Source: Alphaproteobacteria bacterium UBA2964
GTDB taxonomy: Bacteria > Pseudomonadota > Alphaproteobacteria > MPNO01 > UBA2964
Direction of reading: 5' to 3'
Length of the DNA stretch: 64,000 nucleotides
Assembly: GCA_905182615.1 (NCBI GenBank)
Contig: CAJJCG010000016.1
Coordinates: 114,250 to 178,249, forward strand
In this document: one piece after another, positions 1 to 8,472 of the stretch
Position numbering within the stretch: position 1 is the first letter of the stretch
Layout of the letters: each line of letters opens with the position of its first letter
Notes under the pieces: generated by a model
Seen by the model: the letters and a program-made list of their open reading frames with translations, nothing else
The model's database searches: none
Told to the model about the DNA's origin: nothing
Made by a program: the position numbers and the translations under genes

Positions 1-735
1 GCGCTGATAAAGCGCGCCCAAACAATCGAAGCGGAGCTTAACAACGCGCTTAACGAAATTGAAAACATCGAGGGCGTAATGACCGGCGATATCAGCGTCA
101 GCGCGTCACCGACCGTCGCCATCAATTTGATGCCGACCGCTATCCTTAATCTCAAGACGGCACGACCGCGGATGACTGTGCATATAGAGGAGATGGTCTA
201 TCCGCATGTCCTGCCCGCCGTGCGATCCGGCGAGATCGATGTTGCGGTGTGCCTTATGCCGGAACAGCCAGTTGCTGATGATTTGGAAGTCGACGTGCTG
301 GTTGAAGATGTGCTGACCCCGGCGGTTCGATCAGATCATCCCCTGGTCACGACACCCGGACTCAGGCTCAATGATTTACTGGAAGAAGAATGGCTGGTCT
401 TTGGCCGACGCGGTGAAAGCCGGGACATTTACGAGCAGACGTTCCGACTCAATGGTTTGGAGCCGCCCAAGAGCACGATTGAATGTACGTCCTTTACCTG
501 CGCCCTCGCGCTGGTCGAAAAAAGCGATTACCTCGTGCTGGTTCCAAAACAGATCTTTGCTGACCGGCCTCAAGCCTGGCCCATTACGCCGTTGGATCTA
601 CAGACCCCGATGCAGCCCTGGACCATCGCTGCGATCACCAGGTCGAATGTTGTTATGTCCGCTGCCAGCCGGGTGTTTTTGGAAGAACTCCGCAAGGCTG
701 TACCGTCGAGTGCAAATCAGGCGCCACGAACATAA
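1..735 (+). CDS. LysR-family transcriptional regulator, effector-binding part (5' end off-window)
   Basis: Frame 1 is open from base 1 (ALIKRAQTIEAELNNALNEIENIEGV...), so the tracked Met at 79 is internal. The linker plus two-lobed effector domain pattern (ISVSASPTVA, RSGEIDVAVC) is typical of LysR-type regulators. The N-terminal HTH is not in the window. Confidence 0.75.
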   Translation, partial: ALIKRAQTIEAELNNALNEIENIEGVMTGDISVSASPTVAINLMPTAILNLKTARPRMTVHIEEMVYPHVLPAVRSGEIDVAVCLMPEQPVADDLEVDVLVEDVLTPAVRSDHPLVTTPGLRLNDLLEEEWLVFGRRGESRDIYEQTFRLNGLEPPKSTIECTSFTCALALVEKSDYLVLVPKQIFADRPQAWPITPLDLQTPMQPWTIAAITRSNVVMSAASRVFLEELRKAVPSSANQAPRT

Positions 736-780
736 TCCAACAGTGCCTGCGCGTCCCCTGGCAAAGCATCTCCCCGCTAC

Positions 781-850
781 GCAGACCAAGCGATATTGCC
801 AGCGTCAGACCAACCGGTCCGGCGCCGACGATAAGAACCTTTGTTCTGTC
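781..850 (-). pseudogene. Relic of the N-terminus of an FAD-dependent monooxygenase
   Basis: The minus-strand translation DRTKVLIVGAGPVGLTLAISLG carries a classic GxGxxG Rossmann dinucleotide-binding motif. An in-frame TAG lies just upstream and there is no start codon. Similarity decays after about 25 codons and the frame runs into the LysR 3' end. Confidence 0.5.
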
Positions 851-861
851 GCTGTCCTACA

Positions 862-1656
862 TTACGCAGCCGGGTGCAAATCGTATTTGGTCAGAAACTC
901 AATCATAAAACGATCAAACAGCCAGGGTTGTTCCAACTGACAGGCGTGACCCGCCCCCGGCAGCGTCTTTAATTCACAGCCCGGAATACGTTCCTGCAAA
1001 GCAAATGCCCGCTGATGGGTATTATCCTCGCTACCGGTCAGAATAATCGCCGGGCATTTGATCCCGGCATGATGTTCTTCGGTCTCCTCCGCCATCATCG
1101 CTTCAAACTGATAGATGATCGTCTGCGCATCTGCAGTGTCGTTACGCTCGGCAAATAAATCAGCAAAATAATGTGCCATCGATGTCGTGCGGAACGCAGC
1201 ACTCATATCCTGAAAACTATATTCCCAGCGATAATCAACGCCCTTATTTTCGTATTGCTGGATACGTTCCGGCGCAAACGGTTTTCCGGGATTATAGCCC
1301 GTACCGGACAATACCATTGCCGCACTCGCGTCGGGCCGCTGATGATACATATAAGGGACAATCGCCGAACCTACCGAGCAACCGACCAGTATGACAGGTT
1401 CGCCGTCACCGACGGCTTCATCAACAGCTTCCCAGCACCCTGCCGCCATATCGTCCATGGTCAGGCCTTTGTCGGCCGACGGCGACCGGCCATAACCCGG
1501 AATATCGATGCCGACGCAACGGTACCAGCTGGAAAAATGCGCCATCTGATAGAGCCAACAGGACTGATCCATCGGGTTGGGGTGAACAAAGGCAATCACC
1601 GGTCCCTTGCGGCCCATGCGTTCGAAATAAAGTGGTCCGTGAATTCTATCTGCCAT
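862..1656 (-). CDS. Alpha/beta-fold hydrolase
   Basis: It has the nucleophile elbow GCSVGS (GxSxG) and the HPNPMDQSCW / GIDIPGYGRSP pattern. The ATG at 1656 has GGGAG 8 nt upstream; the tracked start at 1701 is probably an extension. Confidence 0.8.
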   Translation of the reverse strand: MADRIHGPLYFERMGRKGPVIAFVHPNPMDQSCWLYQMAHFSSWYRCVGIDIPGYGRSPSADKGLTMDDMAAGCWEAVDEAVGDGEPVILVGCSVGSAIVPYMYHQRPDASAAMVLSGTGYNPGKPFAPERIQQYENKGVDYRWEYSFQDMSAAFRTTSMAHYFADLFAERNDTADAQTIIYQFEAMMAEETEEHHAGIKCPAIILTGSEDNTHQRAFALQERIPGCELKTLPGAGHACQLEQPWLFDRFMIEFLTKYDLHPAA

Positions 1657-1815
1657 GTTTCTGACTCCCAAACAGGTGATCTTTGAAATCACCCTAGGCA
1701 AGGTCGCCTAATCCGGCAAGGTAACGCCGTCGATTGACCACCCTGATTGGACGTTGAGACCGCTTCGCGTTACCGTTCTGCCACATGGAATAACTAACAA
1801 GAAAAGTGGGCAGAC

Positions 1816-3531
1816 ATGGCTGAGTTTGAGAACCAGAAATTTGATTATGTGATTGTCGGTGGCGGCTCCGCAGGCTGTGTTGTTGCCAGCCGGTTAAGTG
1901 AACGCTCACAGAATAACGTGCTCCTGCTGGAGGCCGGAGAGGATTTCATCCCCGGAACCGAGCCGATGGAAATCCGCGACACCTTTGCCGGCACCGCCCA
2001 CAGCAATCCGCGCTTTACCTGGCTCGGCCAAACCGTCGCCTGGGGCCCCCGCCCGAGCAACGCCCCGGATAATCGCAAGCGAGTCCGCTATGCCCAGGGC
2101 CGGGTTATCGGTGGCGGCTCTTCGGTCAATGGCATGATCTCCATCCGGGGTGTGCCGACCGATTATGATGGGTGGGTCGAACGCGGCGCCAAGGGCTGGG
2201 GCTGGGACGACGTCCTGCCCTATTTCAAGAAACAGGAAACCGATGTCGATTTCGATGGTCCTCTGCATGGCCAGGATGGCCCGATGGCAGTGCGGCGGAT
2301 TTTTGAAGATCGCTGGCCGGGCTTCACCAAGGGCTTTGTCGAGGCCGCCAGAGAAGATGGTTGGAATGATCTGAAAGACAAGAACGCGGTGTTTAGCGAT
2401 GGCTACTTCCCGATCGCAGTCGCCAATCAGGAAGGGCGCCGTACCTCGACGGCGACTGCCTATCTAACGACCGACGTCCGGGCACGACCCAATTTCAATA
2501 TTCTTGGTGAGGCCCGCGTGGAGAAAGTTCTGTTCTCCGGTACCAAAGCCACCGGCGTGCGAGTCCACCGCCGTGGTGAAGTATTCGATATTCAGGCCAA
2601 TGAGGTGATCGTCAGTTCAGGCGCGTTGCAGTCGCCCGCCTTGCTGCTGCGCTCCGGTATCGGACCGGCGGCGGAACTCACCGAAAGCGGTATTGATATC
2701 GTGGCGGACCGTGCCGGTGTCGGCAAGCATCTGATGGAACATCCCGGCGTCAATTTCGGCTGTTATATGAAGAAAGACTCGCGGCTGCCGCCAGATTTGC
2801 GCCTGCCAATGTATGCCGGGATGCGCTGGTCGTCGGGTGTCGAAGGCTGCCCGGCGGGTGACATGTATATGATCCCGATGAACAAGTCGTTCTGGCACGC
2901 GGTCGGCGAACGGGTCGGGCTGATGATGCTGTGGGTCAATAAATCATACTCAACCGGTGAGGTCCGTCTGAACGCCAATGACCCAATGGGTGTACCCAAG
3001 GTTGATTTCAACATGTGTTCTGATGAGCGCGATCTCGAACGGCTAAAGATCGGCACTCGTTTTATGGCCAAGCTATGCGAAAAACACGGGCTGCAGGACA
3101 AGCTGCACGATGTTTTCCCGATCAGCTATAGCGACCGGGCGCGGCGCTATGCAGTCTATAACACCCCCAACAAATTCCAAACCTGGGTTGGTGGGCAGGC
3201 AATGGATATGTCTGGCCCGCTACGACGCTGGGTCATCCGCAACTTTATCTCCGATGGGCTGACGGTCAGGGACATTCTGGAAGACGACGACACCATGACC
3301 CAGTGGATACAGAAAACCGTACTCGGCCATTTCCACGCCTCCTGTTCAAACCGGATGGGCGCGGCAGATGATCCTGGTGCGGTGACCGATCCGTCTGCAC
3401 GGGTCTATGGCGTCGAAGGCCTACGCGTCGCCGACGCCTCAATCATGCCAGCGGTACCCTGCGCTAATACAAACTTTCCGACCATTATGATTGGTGAGAA
3501 GGTCGCCGGGACGATATTGGCGGAAGGGTAA
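1816..3531 (+). CDS. GMC-family FAD oxidoreductase (choline/alcohol dehydrogenase-like)
   Basis: The N-terminal FDYVIVGGGSAGCVVASRLSE is an FAD-binding motif. The C-terminal HASCSNRMG...VYGVEGLRVADASIMP is the GMC signature region. Confidence 0.9.
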   Translation: MAEFENQKFDYVIVGGGSAGCVVASRLSERSQNNVLLLEAGEDFIPGTEPMEIRDTFAGTAHSNPRFTWLGQTVAWGPRPSNAPDNRKRVRYAQGRVIGGGSSVNGMISIRGVPTDYDGWVERGAKGWGWDDVLPYFKKQETDVDFDGPLHGQDGPMAVRRIFEDRWPGFTKGFVEAAREDGWNDLKDKNAVFSDGYFPIAVANQEGRRTSTATAYLTTDVRARPNFNILGEARVEKVLFSGTKATGVRVHRRGEVFDIQANEVIVSSGALQSPALLLRSGIGPAAELTESGIDIVADRAGVGKHLMEHPGVNFGCYMKKDSRLPPDLRLPMYAGMRWSSGVEGCPAGDMYMIPMNKSFWHAVGERVGLMMLWVNKSYSTGEVRLNANDPMGVPKVDFNMCSDERDLERLKIGTRFMAKLCEKHGLQDKLHDVFPISYSDRARRYAVYNTPNKFQTWVGGQAMDMSGPLRRWVIRNFISDGLTVRDILEDDDTMTQWIQKTVLGHFHASCSNRMGAADDPGAVTDPSARVYGVEGLRVADASIMPAVPCANTNFPTIMIGEKVAGTILAEG

Positions 3532-3608
3532 TCAAAAACACTTGGCCCCTCCGCCCTTTCGCTGCTACGTAATTGCCAACAAACAAAACACTCAGGGATG
3601 AATTCACG

Positions 3609-4355
3609 ATGAGCGAAGAACCGAAATCAGGCGGGCCGGTCTCCAATGAATTTTTGGCCAATTTAGCGGCGGCGAGCCGTATTCTGGCGGCGCGCGGTGT
3701 GGTCGATGCGTTTGGTCATGTGTCGCAGCGCCATCCTGATAGAGCGGACCGCTATTTCATGTGTCGTGCCAAAGCCCCGGCGCTCGCCACACCAGAAGAC
3801 ATCATCGAATATGATCTCGACAGCAACCCGGTGGATGCCGACGGACGCGGCAGCTTTCTGGAGCGCTTCATCCATGGCGAAATTTTCAAGGCCCGGCCAG
3901 ATCTTAACTCAGTCGTCCATAGCCATTCACCATCAGTCATTCCGTTCGGACTGGTCGACACCAAAATTCAGGCAATGTTCCATAACGCCGCGTTTCTTGC
4001 GGCGGGCGTGCCGGTGTTTGATATCAGCAAGAAATATGGCGCGACCGACATGCTGGTGAGCGATAGCGATAAGGGTGAGACCTTTGCCGAATGTCTGGCA
4101 GACAAAGACGTCGCGCTGATGCGGGCGCATGGCTCGGTTGCCTGTGGCTCAACCTTGCAGCTGGCGGTGTTCCGTGCAGTGTTTACCGAGGTAAACTCGC
4201 GAGTACAGCACTGGACGATGGATCTCGCCAATGGCAGGCCTATCGCGGCGCTCAACGAAGAAGAAGGCCGCTTGGCCGATGTACCGAATAATGGTGCCTG
4301 TATGCGGGCTTGGGATTTGTGGCGCCGCGAGATCCGTGCCGAGACCAATTGGTGA
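3609..4355 (+). CDS. Class II aldolase/adducin-domain protein (paralog 1)
   Basis: GVVDAFGHVSQRH and VVHSHSPSVIPF are the metal-binding His patterns of the class II aldolase fold. The in-frame ATG at 3609 is preferred over the TTG at 3573. Confidence 0.8.
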   Translation: MSEEPKSGGPVSNEFLANLAAASRILAARGVVDAFGHVSQRHPDRADRYFMCRAKAPALATPEDIIEYDLDSNPVDADGRGSFLERFIHGEIFKARPDLNSVVHSHSPSVIPFGLVDTKIQAMFHNAAFLAAGVPVFDISKKYGATDMLVSDSDKGETFAECLADKDVALMRAHGSVACGSTLQLAVFRAVFTEVNSRVQHWTMDLANGRPIAALNEEEGRLADVPNNGACMRAWDLWRREIRAETNW

Positions 4356-4375
4356 TTTGAGGAAGGAATTTCCAC

Positions 4376-5056
4376 ATGAGTGACCTAGACGAACAAAAGC
4401 AGCAGCTGGTGCAATGCATCCGGATGCTCGAGCGCGGTGGGATTGTTGATTATAACGGCCATGCCAGTATCCGCCTTCCCGGCGACCAAATTCTGATCAA
4501 TATCGGCAATCGCACGCGCAGCACGCTGACGGTTGATGATCTCTGCATCATTGATTTTGACGGCAATGTGATCGAGGGCGACGGCAAGCCGCCGCTGGAA
4601 TTTCACCTCCATGCCGGTGTCTATAAAGCACGCCCGGAAGCCGGTGGTGTTATTCATTGCCATCCGAAATGGTCAACGGTCTTGTCGACCGCCGGGCAGG
4701 AATACTTGCCGGTCTATGCCCAGGGATCACTGGTCTATCCGCTGCCGGTGCTCGATTCACCGGATTCAATCAACAATATCAAAATGGCAACGGCGCTGAC
4801 CGATACACTCGGTGACCGGCCTGCAGCGCTGATGAAAGCGCATGGCGCGGTAACGCTCGGCGAGACCATCATCGATGCGTTCGTGTTGATGAACTATCTC
4901 GAAGACAATGCCGAGCGCCAATATATGGCAGCCCAAATAGGCACGCCCTACTCCTTCACTCAGGCAGAGCTGGATTTGTGCCGTGAGAAATTGTGGACGC
5001 CGGGCCTGTTCCAGCGCACCTGGGATCATTTTAGCGCCAAGATGGCCGAGAGCTAA
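4376..5056 (+). CDS. Class II aldolase/adducin-domain protein (paralog 2)
   Basis: IVDYNGHASIRLP and VIHCHPKWSTVL match the same fold. A GAGGAAGG RBS lies upstream, and the gene starts 20 nt after paralog 1. Confidence 0.8.
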   Translation: MSDLDEQKQQLVQCIRMLERGGIVDYNGHASIRLPGDQILINIGNRTRSTLTVDDLCIIDFDGNVIEGDGKPPLEFHLHAGVYKARPEAGGVIHCHPKWSTVLSTAGQEYLPVYAQGSLVYPLPVLDSPDSINNIKMATALTDTLGDRPAALMKAHGAVTLGETIIDAFVLMNYLEDNAERQYMAAQIGTPYSFTQAELDLCREKLWTPGLFQRTWDHFSAKMAES

Positions 5057-5075
5057 TAGAGAGTCTGAGACGAAG

Positions 5076-5927
5076 ATGGCACATCCAGACAAATTTCTGA
5101 TGGCTGGAGTTATGGGCTGGCCGGTGATGCATTCGCGCTCACCAATGATGCATAATTACTGGATGGAGCAGCAGGGGCTGGCCGGAACATACGTGTTCCT
5201 GGAAATCAAACCTGGTGAGCTGGAATCAGCGCTTAGAGCATTACATCCATTAGGGTTTTCGGGATGCAATCTGACCATTCCGCATAAGCTGGACGCCATG
5301 TCCATCGTTGATGAGGTTGATGACACCGCCAGGAAGATCGGCGCCATCAGCTGTGTTGTGGTGCGCGAAGACGGCTCACTGTTTGGCACCAATAATGACT
5401 GGCTGGGGTTTCTCGGGAATCTGAAACATCAGCAACCCGACTGGCGGGCCGATACAGGACCCTGCACTGTCATCGGTGCTGGCGGTGGTGGCCGCGCAGT
5501 GATTTATGGATTACTGCAGGAAGGTGCCAAGGAACTACGACTGGTGAACCGTACCCAGGCAAAAGCCGAGAGGATCGCCGAGGAATATGGCGGACCGATT
5601 ACTGTCTACCCATGGGAAGAACGCCATGCGCTACTCCAAGGCGCAACGACAGTCGTCAATGTCACCAATCAAGGCATGATTGATGAAACGCCACTCGATA
5701 TCAATCTGGACAAACTGTCGCCCACTGCCCTCGTCGCCGACATCATCTATACGCCGTTGGAATCACCGTTCCTTGCCGCAGCGGCTGAGTGTCAAAACAA
5801 AACCGTCAACGGACTCGGCATGTTGCTGTTTCAGGGGCCACCGGCCTGGAAGCGCTGGTTCGGGGTCGAGCCTACGGTCACAGATGAACTACGGGTGATG
5901 ATGGAGAAAAGCATCCTCGCGGATTAA
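5076..5927 (+). CDS. aroE: Shikimate/quinate dehydrogenase family protein
   Basis: SRSPMMHN, NLTIPHK, GTNNDWLG and GAGGGGRAVIYGL match the AroE family motifs. The start is the internal ATG at 5076; the tracked 4983 start overlaps the upstream gene. Confidence 0.75.
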   Translation: MAHPDKFLMAGVMGWPVMHSRSPMMHNYWMEQQGLAGTYVFLEIKPGELESALRALHPLGFSGCNLTIPHKLDAMSIVDEVDDTARKIGAISCVVVREDGSLFGTNNDWLGFLGNLKHQQPDWRADTGPCTVIGAGGGGRAVIYGLLQEGAKELRLVNRTQAKAERIAEEYGGPITVYPWEERHALLQGATTVVNVTNQGMIDETPLDINLDKLSPTALVADIIYTPLESPFLAAAAECQNKTVNGLGMLLFQGPPAWKRWFGVEPTVTDELRVMMEKSILAD

Positions 5928-6024
5928 GGATGGGTGTTATCCTGTTTATCTATGCGTTGCTCGGCTATAACGCTGAGCATAACAGTGATATTTAACGGCC
6001 TCACCCTGTTGCATCGGAATTTTA

Positions 6025-6267
6025 ATGAAGATAATCGCCCTTAATCTGCCCCGCGATTTGAGCGAAGACGAGCTTGCCAAGTTATTCAAAGAGCATGGCG
6101 CCGTCGATTCCTGTGACCTCGTCATGGATACCAATACCGGCATATCGAAAGGCTTTGGATTCATAGAAATGCCGGTAGCGGAAGAAGCGGAAGCCGCCAT
6201 CGCCGCCCTGCACGGCACCAAGATTAATAAAAGCAAGATCAGAGTAAAGCCGTCGACACAGAATTAG
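6025..6267 (+). CDS. Single-RRM RNA-binding protein
   Basis: The 80-aa protein has RNP-2-like KIIALNL and RNP-1 KGFGFIEM, the canonical RRM_1 layout. Confidence 0.8.
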   Translation: MKIIALNLPRDLSEDELAKLFKEHGAVDSCDLVMDTNTGISKGFGFIEMPVAEEAEAAIAALHGTKINKSKIRVKPSTQN

Positions 6268-6273
6268 CCTAAT

Positions 6274-6729
6274 TCAGGCGGCAACCTGCCACTGGCTAAT
6301 GATAACCGGGTGCATCGCATAGATAGCCTCATATTCAACTTCAAAGGCTTCACTAACCGATATGCCTTCCGCGTCTGCCCGGTCACCGGCTAAATCTGCG
6401 GCGACCTTGCGAGCGTGAGTGTCGCGTTCTCCTTCGGTCCAACAACGATAAAGCGGCCACTGTTCGGAAAATTCGTTCACCCATTCGCAGCCTGTCATGT
6501 CCGACAGCAGGAGATAAACCAGATGATCGTGGGTCTCGCCCAGCAAGGTCGCACCGCGGATAAACCCATTATCGTCGGTTGATGCAAGAAACTCCATGCC
6601 GCTCGCCTGATCCCGAATGAGACAACCGCGATGGCTCAAATCAATTTTGAGTGGAAACGCGCGTTGGCTGTTCCAGGCGTAGAGTTGGCTCACAGGAATC
6701 TTCCGCGTCGGTAAAAAGTCGGTATGCAT
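6274..6729 (-). CDS. Hypothetical protein (no recognisable domain), divergent from the WYL regulator
   Basis: This is a clean 151-153 codon ORF. An AGGAG sits 6 nt upstream of the second ATG (6729). I recognise no motif in it. Confidence 0.55.
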   Translation of the reverse strand: MHTDFLPTRKIPVSQLYAWNSQRAFPLKIDLSHRGCLIRDQASGMEFLASTDDNGFIRGATLLGETHDHLVYLLLSDMTGCEWVNEFSEQWPLYRCWTEGERDTHARKVAADLAGDRADAEGISVSEAFEVEYEAIYAMHPVIISQWQVAA

Positions 6730-6856
6730 AATCATCTCCTACTACTGTAGTGGCCTGATGCTCGTTCCGCCTGGCCACCGTTTATCCAATGATTGAAGGA
6801 TATTCTTCTTATTCGTCGTTTTACGGGGTATAAGAATACGGACAGGAGACGGACCA

Positions 6857-7828
6857 ATGGCATACACCAAGCTACGCGATATGTTGGAACTTGCGCTAGA
6901 GCTGCAGGTCAGTTCTCTCGGTCTGACCATCGACCAGCTTATGACGCGAACCGGCCGCAGCCGCAAAACCGTGGAGCGCATGCTGCAAGGGCTTGATGAA
7001 ATTGGCTTAGAGGTAGAATTTAGTCGACTGGAAAGCGACCATCATCTGACCAAGCGCTGGCGGCTACAGGCTAATATGCCGGAGACGCTATTGATGTTGC
7101 AATCCAATGAGCGTGCCGCCCTCGAACGTCATCTCCAAACTTTGCCAGAAGGCATAGCGGCGATGGCATTGACCAAATTGCTGGGCAACCAGAAGCCGCT
7201 TTCCAAACATCTGGCGATCGATGAAGAGGAACTGATTAATCGCACGGCCCATATCGACCGTACCGGCCCGCGCACCCAGGCCAATGAGGCCCAAATGGCT
7301 ATCTTTGAACGGGCCATCCAGGGATTTGAAAAGCTGGAAATCCGATACCGAGCTTTGGGTCGCCACCGCGCGAGCTGGCGAACAGTTGACCCCCTCGGGC
7401 TACTCTTCGGGCGGTTTGGATATTTGGTGGCGGCGCGGGGCGATATCCCAGTCACCTATCGGCTCGACACCATTGAGGAGGTTAAACCGACCGGCACGAT
7501 TTTTGAAGCGCGCACAGATTGGAACCTGAAAAATTGGGCCGCCGATAGTTTTGGTATATATCACGGCGACGATATTCTCGAGGTCCACCTGCGTTTTACC
7601 GGCGAAGCCGCCAAGCGCGCCGAGAAAGTCCGTTTTCACCGAAGTCAAAAGATGCGCCGAGTTCGCGGCGGGCTGGTTGTTGAGCTTCACTGTCAGGGAC
7701 ACCGCGAACTGATCCACGAGCTGTGCCACCCGGACTGGCTCGGCCAGGTGCAGATAGAGGCGCCAGAATCACTGTGTGTTGAATTCAAGGACTATCTGGA
7801 ACAACTGCGCAGCGTGACTTCATTATAA
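6857..7828 (+). CDS. WYL-domain transcriptional regulator (wHTH-WYL-WCX architecture)
   Basis: The N-terminal HTH is GLTIDQLMTRTGRSRKTVERMLQGL. The WYL core is RTVDPLGLLFGRFGYLVAARGDIPVTYRLDTIEEV. The C-terminal WCX-like part is FHRSQKM...VQIEAPESL. Confidence 0.8.
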   Translation: MAYTKLRDMLELALELQVSSLGLTIDQLMTRTGRSRKTVERMLQGLDEIGLEVEFSRLESDHHLTKRWRLQANMPETLLMLQSNERAALERHLQTLPEGIAAMALTKLLGNQKPLSKHLAIDEEELINRTAHIDRTGPRTQANEAQMAIFERAIQGFEKLEIRYRALGRHRASWRTVDPLGLLFGRFGYLVAARGDIPVTYRLDTIEEVKPTGTIFEARTDWNLKNWAADSFGIYHGDDILEVHLRFTGEAAKRAEKVRFHRSQKMRRVRGGLVVELHCQGHRELIHELCHPDWLGQVQIEAPESLCVEFKDYLEQLRSVTSL

Positions 7829-7906
7829 CACAACGCTCTACCTCGTTAATACAAGTTTGCCTCAAAGGTAGAGGGCGGCCGAAACATCATTCTAACTGCT
7901 GTTATA

Positions 7907-8215
7907 TTATGAAAAGTTTTGAGCGCGTATTCTGGCAGCCAAATTTATAGCGCTGTACGGGAGAAGTCGAAGGATTGACTTTCTCAGCTTATAGCTGATC
8001 AGTGAAATGTCTTTTAAATCCGCAGCTTCATTGACCATCGTATCAGCGATCGCAGACGGAAATTGAGCCAGTTTAGTCTGCTCCACATAAAAGAAGATAT
8101 TGTACCGATACCAAGATAGAACTTCATCGCCAGAATGGCCGGACATAGTCGATAGCAACATAACCATGCTGCGCAAATAGCGTTCTCCAATAACTGTATG
8201 GCCTCTTATTAACAT
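7907..8215 (-). CDS. Orphan hypothetical protein in an AT-rich patch
   Basis: The ORF is open to 8341, but the ATG at 8215 has a GGTGAG-like RBS. It sits in locally AT-richer sequence, has no recognisable motif, and could be a relic. Confidence 0.3.
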   Translation of the reverse strand: MLIRGHTVIGERYLRSMVMLLSTMSGHSGDEVLSWYRYNIFFYVEQTKLAQFPSAIADTMVNEAADLKDISLISYKLRKSILRLLPYSAINLAARIRAQNFS

Positions 8216-8472
8216 GATGCTCACCGCCTTGCCTGGGAGGGGTGAATTTTGAGGTTCGCCGACTTCAAATCGCCGGCGTCGTTCGTCCCGAGGATATAAC
8301 AGCCGACAGCGCAATTTCATACGAAAAGGTCGCAGAAGCACGCATTTCCTATGGCGGCAAAGGCCATATTACGGATGTTCAGCAGCCGCGCTATGGAACG
8401 CAGATTCTAGATGTTGTCTTCCCATTCTAGCTAGATGATCAATGAAGCCCTGTAACGAAGGACCCCACAGCG

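Noticed and set aside
371-940. 189-aa + strand ORF spanning the LysR 3' end and the intergenic relic
   Set aside because: It is out of frame with the LysR gene and its product is basic and low-complexity. The region is better explained by the LysR C-terminus plus the minus-strand FAD-monooxygenase stub.
4983-5075. N-terminal extensions of tracked ORFs (4983, 33439, 37957, 46763, 59794, 49003, 40066 and similar)
   Set aside because: The extensions overlap the preceding gene or an opposite-strand gene and lack family similarity. Internal ATG starts with RBS-like sequences give proteins of normal family length.
8242-8430. 62-aa + strand ORF overlapping the AT-rich orphan ORF
   Set aside because: It has a non-ATG start and no motif, and it overlaps the extended form of the opposite-strand ORF. 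Evidence is insufficient to call it.
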